NCBI GenBank assembly: GCA_963662285.2
Contig: CAXXMV010000006.1
Coordinates: 1,056,001 to 1,120,000, forward strand
Source: a bacterium
Lineage (GTDB): Bacteria; Hinthialibacterota; Hinthialibacteria; Hinthialibacterales; Hinthialibacteraceae
Direction: 5' to 3'
DNA length: 64,000 nucleotides
Position 1 is the stretch's first letter, and the number at the start of each line of letters is the position of its first letter. This document shows, piece by piece, positions 46,869 to 55,330 of the stretch. The notes under the pieces are model-generated. The model did no database searches and was not told where the DNA came from. It saw only the letters and a program-made list of their open reading frames with translations. The position numbers and the translations under genes were made by a program.

Positions 46869-48926
46869 TCAAAACCGATACGTCAATTTGCCGTATACGC
46901 CGCGCTCGACTTCGGTGTAGGCTGTATACATCCCATTCGCTTCGTGCGTCTGACTATCAAGTAAATTGGTCCCAACAAGGCTTATTTCCAATTGTTTAGA
47001 TGGTTCCCAGCCCAACCGCACATCAAGTCGTCCATGCGGTGGGATTCCCCAATTATTGATTTCATCAACAAAGTAATAGGATGCATCCAGTTTCACATCT
47101 TTTGTTATATCTAAATACGAATTTATTTTGAACTGATGATGGGGTGAACTATCTTCCAGAAAATACCACACGAAATCATTAGAATTATTCTTGAGATGTA
47201 ACTGAATATCTAATGCCGAGTAACTGGCCATCAGTTTCCAGGAATCCGTGATGTTTGCGTTTGCAGCCAGTTCCACACCATATGTTTCACCATCTATATT
47301 GTTTCCCGGGAAAGCGAAAACTATTAAATGTGGAATCGGATCGGCAAAAAAGACTGGCTGATCCCAATTCGTATCAGCTGTTAGATGGTCTTCTAAAATA
47401 TTATAAAAAGCAGAGAATTCGAATGACAGATATCTCGTTGCTTGAAGCCGTTGACCGATTTCGAAGGTGAGTTTGTTTTCTGAATTCGCATGTCCTTCAT
47501 CACAAAAAGAAGCCAACATCGGGATCGTACCTGAGCCGTAAGGAAAATCCAGTGCGTAAAAAATAAAACTATTCTCATTCATAACTCTGTAGTAATGATT
47601 AGCAGATCGAGTAACGGACGTCCAAACCGTATATTGTTCGTATGGAGTATAAACTAATTTAGCGCTGGGCTGATAATCAAAATCGGAATAATCGCTGTAT
47701 TGAAATTGAGAACCCAACGAAAGTTTCAGTTTATCTTCGATGATGGTGTAATCATCTTGAATGAAAGCAGTAAATGTCTGATCGTTAGCGCTAGGCGGTT
47801 CGTAATGCAATGCGCCATTTTTAACATCATCTGATACAAGGCGATATCCACTCCCTATGATAAATTCATGATCGGGGAAAGGATTAAACTGGTATTCAAA
47901 ATCCGTTTTAAACGTATGATAATTTAAATTTACTACATAATCATTGTCCAAATTAAAATAGTCGTAATACGTAAGCCATTTCATTTTGGATTCATCATCA
48001 AACGCATGATCCCATTGAACCAGTAAATCCAATCCTTCTTTATCTTTGATATAACGGTTTTTAACTGGGAAGAATGGTTCTTCCCGGACTCCAGGAGAAA
48101 AATGAGTAAACCAGGCATTATCTTGATATGCAGTTCCTTGAAAAGTAAGTTCATTCTGATCGGAGGGCTGCCAATCAATTCGAAAACCAGCTTTGCCATA
48201 CGACCAATCATCCACAGAATTGTTACCATTCCCATCTTTGAATGAATCAACGTCTTTATAAGTACCATAGACGCGGTAAAAAGCATCTTCGCCCATCTTT
48301 CCGCCATGCCGGAAAACGCCTTTATATAAATCCGTCCCGGCGATGCCAGAAAGAAGCCCACCCTGCGTATTTTTGGTGTGCTTGGTAATAATATTAATGA
48401 CGCCATTACCTGAATTCGTGCCCCATAACGTGCCGCCAGGCCCACGAATAATTTCTATTCTCTCTATGTCTTCAAGTGGATAATCCTGAATACTCCAAAG
48501 GACGCTGCCCCAACTTAAAAAGTTCACTTGACGGCCATCAAGTAATACCAGCGTATCAATCCCGTATTCATTCGCCAGACCTCTTGCTCCAACGATCCAG
48601 GTGCTGGAATCCGTATTACCGACGAACATACCCGGTACCATGCGTAATAGATCGGGGATATTTGTCGCAGCAGAACGAGATATATCCGTGGCTGTGATTA
48701 CATAAGCGGCGGCAGGCGTTTCCCAGACTTTCTCAGGTCTCTTGGATGCGAGCGAGATATATTCCTGAACGATGATATCCCCCAATTCGTCGATGTCGGT
48801 TTCAAGCATCGATCTCAAGCGCTCGTCTGAACTCTCTTCGGCGGCGGTGAGTGGAAGAGTGAAACAGCAAATCAGTAACACAAATACGCTTGTTTGCAGC
48901 AACCTCTTGTTGTGTTGTACCATCAT
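46869..48926 (-). CDS. TonB-dependent receptor, array copy 5 (different signal peptide)
   Basis: Same plug and barrel motifs; ends KLTYRF. Confidence 0.92.
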   Translation of the reverse strand: MMVQHNKRLLQTSVFVLLICCFTLPLTAAEESSDERLRSMLETDIDELGDIIVQEYISLASKRPEKVWETPAAAYVITATDISRSAATNIPDLLRMVPGMFVGNTDSSTWIVGARGLANEYGIDTLVLLDGRQVNFLSWGSVLWSIQDYPLEDIERIEIIRGPGGTLWGTNSGNGVINIITKHTKNTQGGLLSGIAGTDLYKGVFRHGGKMGEDAFYRVYGTYKDVDSFKDGNGNNSVDDWSYGKAGFRIDWQPSDQNELTFQGTAYQDNAWFTHFSPGVREEPFFPVKNRYIKDKEGLDLLVQWDHAFDDESKMKWLTYYDYFNLDNDYVVNLNYHTFKTDFEYQFNPFPDHEFIIGSGYRLVSDDVKNGALHYEPPSANDQTFTAFIQDDYTIIEDKLKLSLGSQFQYSDYSDFDYQPSAKLVYTPYEQYTVWTSVTRSANHYYRVMNENSFIFYALDFPYGSGTIPMLASFCDEGHANSENKLTFEIGQRLQATRYLSFEFSAFYNILEDHLTADTNWDQPVFFADPIPHLIVFAFPGNNIDGETYGVELAANANITDSWKLMASYSALDIQLHLKNNSNDFVWYFLEDSSPHHQFKINSYLDITKDVKLDASYYFVDEINNWGIPPHGRLDVRLGWEPSKQLEISLVGTNLLDSQTHEANGMYTAYTEVERGVYGKLTYRF
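46903..47078. repeat. 176-bp direct repeat, copy A (3' end of receptor copy 5)
   Basis: Reads identical to 51120..51295; part of a longer ~570-bp near-identical block (~46505..47078 vs ~50722..51295). Confidence 0.85.
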
Positions 48927-48967
48927 TCATTCTCCACAATTTCGCTGACTTACATTACAAAAAAAAA

Positions 48968-51040
48968 TCAAAACCGATACGTCAGTTTGACGTACACGCC
49001 GCGCTCGACCTCCGAGGGTTTTCTATACACCGCCTTTGCCTCATGCGTTTGATCGTCCAGCAAATTCGTTCCGACCAGACTTATTTCCAAATTGTTTTTT
49101 GGTTTCCAACCCAAGCGGATATCGAGTCTTCCGTGTTGGGGTATTCCCCATCCTTCTATTTCATCGATAAAGTATAAGAAGGCGTCCAATTTAACGTCTT
49201 TCGTTAGATCGAAATAAGATTGAATGGATGCCTGATGGTGAGGTGATGAATTTTCTAGAGAATAATAATAAAAATCATTCGAGTTGTTCTTATGATGGAA
49301 CTGAATATCTAATACGGAATAACTGGCCATTAACTTCCAAAAATCGGTAATTTGTTCCGTCATGGACAGTTCCGCACCATACGTTTCTCCATTGATATTA
49401 TTACCCCAATATTCATAAACAACATAATGGGGAAGGGGATCCATATAGTAAGAAACGCGATCGTAATCCGCATCTAGAGTGATGAAATCATAGATCGTCG
49501 TGTAAAATGCCGTTAGATCGAACGATAGATTTCTTGTAGCCCGATATCGTTGACCTAATTCATACGATAGGATACTTTCAGACTTTAATCGTTCGCTATA
49601 ATTGACATACAATAACATGGGAATCCCATCCGGCGCAGACGTTGTAAGATTCGGCCACGATGAATCATAATTAAGGGGAAAATAATGTTGGGCGGAACGA
49701 GTGATAGAGGCCCAAATTGTATACTTTTCTGTTGGTGTATATACTAATTTGGCGCTGGGTTGGTAATCGAAATCAGAATAGTCGCTATATTGAATCTGAA
49801 TGCCGAGTGATAGTTTAAGTAGGTCTTCTGCAATAGAATAATTATCTTCGATAAAAACGCTTCCCGTTTGATCGTTGGCGTGACTGGAATTATATACGAT
49901 CGTTCGATCGGTCATATCGTCCATCGTAAGCTGATATCCACTTCCCACGATAAATTCATGATTGGAAAAGGGAGTAAACTCGTACTGAACGTTCGTTTTA
50001 ATATCGTGGTAATTGAACTTGGAAACAAAGTCATTGTCCAATAAAAAGTAGTTATAATAAGTATGCCATTTAATCTTAGAATCATCGTCTAATGTACGTT
50101 CCCAGAGAACTTGCAAATCAAGGCCCCTTTTATCGTATTCATATCGAGATTTAACAGGGAAAATTTCGGGAAGATCAATTTCTGGAATATACCAGGCGTA
50201 CCACACGTCGTTTTGAAATATCTCGCCTTGGAACGTAACATCGTCCTTTTCTGAAGGTGCCCAATCGATGCGAAAGCCGCTTTTGGCGTTAGACCAATCA
50301 TCGACGGAATCCTCTCCATTCGGAAATTTGAAACTATCGGCGTCACGATAAATCCCATATATACGATAATAAGCATCGTCCCCCATTTTCCCGCCGTATC
50401 GGAACACGCTTTTATACAAATCCGTCCCGGCGACGCCGGAAATCAAACCGCCTTGTGTGTCTTTCGCATGTTTTGTGATGATATTGATGACGCCGTTACC
50501 GGAATTCGTTCCCCAAAGCGTGCCGCCCGGACCTCGAATGATTTCTATACGTTCGATGTCCTCTAATGGATAATCAAGAATGTCCCAAAACATTCCGCCC
50601 ATTACTAAATCGTTTGTTTCGCGTCCGTCAAGTAAAATAAGTAATTCTGTAGTGTGCTCGGTTGCCAATCCTCGGGATCCGATTACCCATGTGTTTGAAT
50701 CCCCTCTTCCAACGAACAAACCGGGAACCATGCGCAGGAGATCGGGGATGTTGGTCGCGGCGGAGCGGGAGATATCCGTGGCTGTTATGACATAGGCGGC
50801 GGCGGGGGTTTCCCATACTTTCTGTGGCGTCTTGGATGCGAGCGAGATATATTCTTGAACGATGATTTCCGACAGTTCATCGATATCTTTCAGAAGCAGT
50901 TCCTTCATGCCGCTTGATGAGTCCTCTTCGACTGCATCAGCAGGAAGAGTGAAAAGCATGAATAGAATCGCCAGGCAAGCGATTTGCCGCAATAGCTGGT
51001 TAACGCTAAATAGAGAATTTTTTCGTATGGATTCATACAT
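48968..51040 (-). CDS. TonB-dependent receptor, array copy 4
   Basis: Same plug and barrel motifs; ends KLTYRF. Confidence 0.92.
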   Translation of the reverse strand: MYESIRKNSLFSVNQLLRQIACLAILFMLFTLPADAVEEDSSSGMKELLLKDIDELSEIIVQEYISLASKTPQKVWETPAAAYVITATDISRSAATNIPDLLRMVPGLFVGRGDSNTWVIGSRGLATEHTTELLILLDGRETNDLVMGGMFWDILDYPLEDIERIEIIRGPGGTLWGTNSGNGVINIITKHAKDTQGGLISGVAGTDLYKSVFRYGGKMGDDAYYRIYGIYRDADSFKFPNGEDSVDDWSNAKSGFRIDWAPSEKDDVTFQGEIFQNDVWYAWYIPEIDLPEIFPVKSRYEYDKRGLDLQVLWERTLDDDSKIKWHTYYNYFLLDNDFVSKFNYHDIKTNVQYEFTPFSNHEFIVGSGYQLTMDDMTDRTIVYNSSHANDQTGSVFIEDNYSIAEDLLKLSLGIQIQYSDYSDFDYQPSAKLVYTPTEKYTIWASITRSAQHYFPLNYDSSWPNLTTSAPDGIPMLLYVNYSERLKSESILSYELGQRYRATRNLSFDLTAFYTTIYDFITLDADYDRVSYYMDPLPHYVVYEYWGNNINGETYGAELSMTEQITDFWKLMASYSVLDIQFHHKNNSNDFYYYSLENSSPHHQASIQSYFDLTKDVKLDAFLYFIDEIEGWGIPQHGRLDIRLGWKPKNNLEISLVGTNLLDDQTHEAKAVYRKPSEVERGVYVKLTYRF

Positions 51041-51085
51041 AATTCATTCTCCCGTCATTGCTTCATTTCACTATATCAAAAATCA

Positions 51086-53161
51086 TCAAAACCGATATGT
51101 CAGTTTGCCGTATATGCCCCGCTCGACTTCGGTGTAGGCTGTATACATCCCATTCGCTTCGTGCGTCTGACTATCAAGTAAATTGGTCCCAACAAGGCTT
51201 ATTTCCAATTGTTTAGATGGTTCCCAGCCCAACCGCACATCAAGTCGTCCATGCGGTGGGATTCCCCAATTATTGATTTCATCAACAAAGTAATAATTGG
51301 CATCAAATTGGATATCTTTGGTGATATTGAGATAGGACTGTAATTTAAATTGATGGTGAGGAGAGGCGTCTTCGAGAAAATAAAAAACGATATCTGTTGA
51401 ATTTGGTTTACGATGTAATTGAATATCGATTGCGGAGTAACTGGCCATGAGTTTCCAGTAATCGGTAATTTGCGCGTTGGCAGCCAGTTCTACTCCATAG
51501 GTTTCTCCATCAATATTATTTCCTGGATAGCCATATAAAACAATATGAGGAATTGGATCGGTGAATGAAATTTGATTATTCCAATCAATATCGGCTGTAC
51601 AATGATCATCAATAAAGTTATAAAAAACTGAAAGATCGAGAGACAGGTTACTAAATGCCTGAAGCCTTTGCCCGATTTCAAAGGTGAGAATGCTTTCAGA
51701 ATCCGCTTTTCCATCATAACTAAAATGAACCCGCATGGGGGGCGTCCCTTGTCCATATAGATCATAAAATGTCAAATAAGGCCAACTACATTCACTATGC
51801 GCCCGGTAATAATGTTGAACTGACCGAGTAATGGATGCCCAGATTGTATATTGTTCATATGGAGTATAGGCTAATTTTGCGCTGGGTTGATAATCGAAAC
51901 CGGAATAATCGCTATATTGGAATTGAGAACCGTAATAAAAATTTAGTTTGTCATCAATGATTGTGTAATTATCCTGGATAAAGGCAGTAAATGTTTGATC
52001 GTTTGCGCTTTGAGGTCTATATTCCAAAAAACCATCAACAGTATCATCTGATATTATCCGGTACCCGCTTCCGATAACGAAATCATGATTTGAAAAAGGC
52101 GTAAACTGGTATTGATAATCTGTTTTAAATGTATGGTAATTTAGATTCGATATAAAATCATTGTCCAATGAAAAATAGTCGTAATAAGTAAGCCATTTCA
52201 TCTTGGAACCGTTATTAAATGTGCGGTTCCATTGAACCATCAAATCCAGTCTATCTTTATCCTTAATATATCGATCTTTCATAGGATCGAATTGGGGATT
52301 GGCTTTTCCTGTCCAATTAAACCAAGCGTCATCTTGATATACTCCGCCTTGAAAAGTAAATTCATCTTGTTCAGAAGGCTCCCAATCGACTCGGAAACCC
52401 GCTTTTCCTAACGCCCAATCATCGACCGACTCTTGTCCATTAACATCCTTAAAGGCGTCAACATCTTTATATGCCCCAAAAATACGAAAAAAAGCATCTT
52501 CTCCCATTTTCCCACCATACCGGAACACGCTTTTATATAAATCAGTACCAACCAAGCCTGATAGAAGTCCTCCTTGAGTGTCTTTTGAATGCTTTGTAAT
52601 TATGTTAATAACGCCGTTTCCGGAATTCGTTCCCCAAAGCGTACCTCCCGGGCCACGAATAATTTCGATCCTTTCAATATCCTCCAATGGATAATCCTGA
52701 ATACTCCATAAAACTCCACCCCAATTTGTAAAGTTCGCTTGGCGGCCATCAATCAATACAAGCAAATCAACTGCGTATTCATTTGCCAATCCCCTAGATC
52801 CAACGATCCATGTACTCGAATCAGCTTGTCCGACAAACAAGCCGGGAACCATGCGTAATAGATCGGGGATGTTAGTGGCGGCGGAGCGGGAGATATCCGT
52901 GGCTGTTATGACATAGGCGGCGGCGGGGGTTTCCCATACTTTCTGTGGCGTCTTGGATGCGAGCGAGATATATTCTTGAACGATGATTTCCGACAGTTCG
53001 TCGATATCTTTAAGAAGAAGTTCTTTTAGTCCACTGGATGCGTCCTCTTCGACGGCATCAGCAGGAAGAGTGAAAAGCATGAATAGAATTGCCAGGCAAG
53101 CAATTTGCCGCAATAGTCGGTTAACACTAGATCGAGAATTTTTTCGTATGGATTCATACAT
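51086..53161 (-). CDS. TonB-dependent receptor, array copy 3
   Basis: Same plug and barrel motifs; ends KLTYRF. Confidence 0.92.
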   Translation of the reverse strand: MYESIRKNSRSSVNRLLRQIACLAILFMLFTLPADAVEEDASSGLKELLLKDIDELSEIIVQEYISLASKTPQKVWETPAAAYVITATDISRSAATNIPDLLRMVPGLFVGQADSSTWIVGSRGLANEYAVDLLVLIDGRQANFTNWGGVLWSIQDYPLEDIERIEIIRGPGGTLWGTNSGNGVINIITKHSKDTQGGLLSGLVGTDLYKSVFRYGGKMGEDAFFRIFGAYKDVDAFKDVNGQESVDDWALGKAGFRVDWEPSEQDEFTFQGGVYQDDAWFNWTGKANPQFDPMKDRYIKDKDRLDLMVQWNRTFNNGSKMKWLTYYDYFSLDNDFISNLNYHTFKTDYQYQFTPFSNHDFVIGSGYRIISDDTVDGFLEYRPQSANDQTFTAFIQDNYTIIDDKLNFYYGSQFQYSDYSGFDYQPSAKLAYTPYEQYTIWASITRSVQHYYRAHSECSWPYLTFYDLYGQGTPPMRVHFSYDGKADSESILTFEIGQRLQAFSNLSLDLSVFYNFIDDHCTADIDWNNQISFTDPIPHIVLYGYPGNNIDGETYGVELAANAQITDYWKLMASYSAIDIQLHRKPNSTDIVFYFLEDASPHHQFKLQSYLNITKDIQFDANYYFVDEINNWGIPPHGRLDVRLGWEPSKQLEISLVGTNLLDSQTHEANGMYTAYTEVERGIYGKLTYRF
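51120..51295. repeat. 176-bp direct repeat, copy B (3' end of receptor copy 3)
   Basis: Reads identical to 46903..47078. Confidence 0.85.
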
Positions 53162-53206
53162 AATTCATTCTCCCGTCATTGCTTGATTTTGCTATATCAA
53201 AAATCA

Positions 53207-55285
53207 TCAAAACCGATATGTCAGTTTGCCGTATACGCCCCGCTCGGCTTCGGTATATTTCGTGTATATACCGGTGGCTTCATGCGTTTGATCGTTAAGC
53301 AAATTCTTTCCAACGACGCTCACTTCCAACTTATCGGTTGGCTTCCATCCAAGTCTGAGATCGAGCCTTCCATGCGTAGGAATTCTCCAATTGTTAATTT
53401 CATCGATCCAATAATAAGATGCATCAAACTGAATATCTTTGGTGAGATCGAAATAGGAATTAATTTTGAACTGATGATGGGGAGAGGCGTCTTCTAGAGA
53501 ATAAGAAAAGATATCCATAGAATTATGTTTACGGTGCAATTGTATATCCAAGGCCGAGTAACTGGCCATCAGTTTCCAAGAATCTGTGATTTGCGTGTTA
53601 AGCGCCAGTTCTGCTCCATAAGTTTCTCCATCAATATTATTGCCTACATATGAATCTACTATATAATGAATAATCGGATCATTGAATAGAATGGGATGTT
53701 CAAAATCCGGATCGACTGTCATATTATCTTTAATCATATTGTAAAATGTGTTGAGTTCGATGGATAAGTTCTTATTCGCTTGAAGCCTTTGGCCGATTTC
53801 GAAAGATAAAATATTTTCTGAACCCGCATGACCTTCATAACTTAAACGCATAAGCATAGGGATGTTTGAACCGGGGAAATAATCGGCTAAATTAGTATAA
53901 CTTTCCTCATTTTCTCCCCGGTAATAATGTTGGGCGGATCGAGTAATGGCCGCCCAAAGCGTATACATTTTTGTTGGAGTATAAGTTAATTTTACGCTGG
54001 GCTGATAATCAAAACCGGAATAATCGCTGTATTGGAGTTGAGTGCCTAAAGATAGGTTTAGCTTTTCTTCAATAATTGTGTAGTTATCTTGAATGAAAGC
54101 TGTGAATGTTTGATCGTTGGCGCTTGGCGGCTCGAATTCACACCATAAATCCGGTTCAACTTCATCCGATACGAGCCGATATCCGCTTCCCACAATGAAT
54201 TCATGATTTGGAAAAGGATCGAACTGGTATTGAAAATCCGTTTTCAAAGTCTGATATTTCCAATATGCGAGAAAATCATTTTCTAGTGAAAAATAGTCGT
54301 AATAAGAAAGCCATTTCATCTTGGATCCGTCTTCAAAAGTATGGTCCCATTGAACCTGCAAATCGAAACCTTTCTTATCTTTTTCGTATCTCTCTTTGAC
54401 AGGATATAATTCTGAAGGAAGATAATTTGGAGTATGCCAATTGAACCAAACGTCATCTTGAAACGCGTCTCCTTGAAATGTAAGTTCATCCTGCTGAGAA
54501 AACTGCCAATCGATTCGAAATCCCGCCTTAGCTAACGACCAATCATCTACTGAATGGCTTCCGTCCACATCGTTGAATGAATCGACGTCTTTATATGTTC
54601 CGTACAGTCTGTAAAAAGCATCGTCGCCCATTTTCCCGCCATATCGGAATGTCCCTTTATACAAATCCGTCCCTACAATACCGGAAAGAAGACCCCCCTG
54701 TGTGTCTCTGGCATGTTTTGTGATGATATTGATGACGCCGTTACCGGAATTGGTACCCCAAAGCGTACCCCCCGGTCCCCGGATGATTTCAATTCGCTCG
54801 ATGTCTTCCAATGGATAATCTTGTACATTCCAAAATATCCCTCCCCAAATATAATTATTCACTTGGCGGCCATCAATCAATACCAACAAATCAACCGCGT
54901 ATTCGTTCGCCAAGCCTCGGGTACCAACAATCCATGTACTTGAATCTGCGTTGCCGACAAACAAACCGGGTACCATACGCAGAAGATCGGGGATATTTGT
55001 AGCAGCGGAGCGGGAGATATCCGTAGCGGTGATGACATAAGCGGCGGCGGGCGTTTCCCAGACCTTCTCCGGCCTCTTGGAGGCAAGCGAGATATATTCT
55101 TGAACGATGATATCCCCCAGTTCGTCGATATCTTTAAGAAGAAGTTCTTTTAGTCCACTGGATGCGTCCTCTTCGACGGCATCAACAGGAAGAGTGAACA
55201 GCATGAATAGAATCGCCAGGCAAGCGATTTGCCGCAATAGCTGGTTAACGCTAAATAGAGAATTTTTTCGTATGGATTCATACAT
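53207..55285 (-). CDS. TonB-dependent receptor, array copy 2
   Basis: Start moved to 55285 (MYESIRK, RBS GGAG) by comparison with copies 3 and 4; ends KLTYRF. Confidence 0.92.
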   Translation of the reverse strand: MYESIRKNSLFSVNQLLRQIACLAILFMLFTLPVDAVEEDASSGLKELLLKDIDELGDIIVQEYISLASKRPEKVWETPAAAYVITATDISRSAATNIPDLLRMVPGLFVGNADSSTWIVGTRGLANEYAVDLLVLIDGRQVNNYIWGGIFWNVQDYPLEDIERIEIIRGPGGTLWGTNSGNGVINIITKHARDTQGGLLSGIVGTDLYKGTFRYGGKMGDDAFYRLYGTYKDVDSFNDVDGSHSVDDWSLAKAGFRIDWQFSQQDELTFQGDAFQDDVWFNWHTPNYLPSELYPVKERYEKDKKGFDLQVQWDHTFEDGSKMKWLSYYDYFSLENDFLAYWKYQTLKTDFQYQFDPFPNHEFIVGSGYRLVSDEVEPDLWCEFEPPSANDQTFTAFIQDNYTIIEEKLNLSLGTQLQYSDYSGFDYQPSVKLTYTPTKMYTLWAAITRSAQHYYRGENEESYTNLADYFPGSNIPMLMRLSYEGHAGSENILSFEIGQRLQANKNLSIELNTFYNMIKDNMTVDPDFEHPILFNDPIIHYIVDSYVGNNIDGETYGAELALNTQITDSWKLMASYSALDIQLHRKHNSMDIFSYSLEDASPHHQFKINSYFDLTKDIQFDASYYWIDEINNWRIPTHGRLDLRLGWKPTDKLEVSVVGKNLLNDQTHEATGIYTKYTEAERGVYGKLTYRF

Positions 55286-55330
55286 AATTGATTCTCCCGT
55301 CATTGCTTCATTTTACTATTACAAAAATCC

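Noticed and set aside
46903-51295. Repeated receptor 3' ends as the template/variable repeats of a diversity-generating retroelement
   Set aside because: The two 176-bp copies read identical rather than differing at adenines, both are coding, and no reverse transcriptase is in the window.
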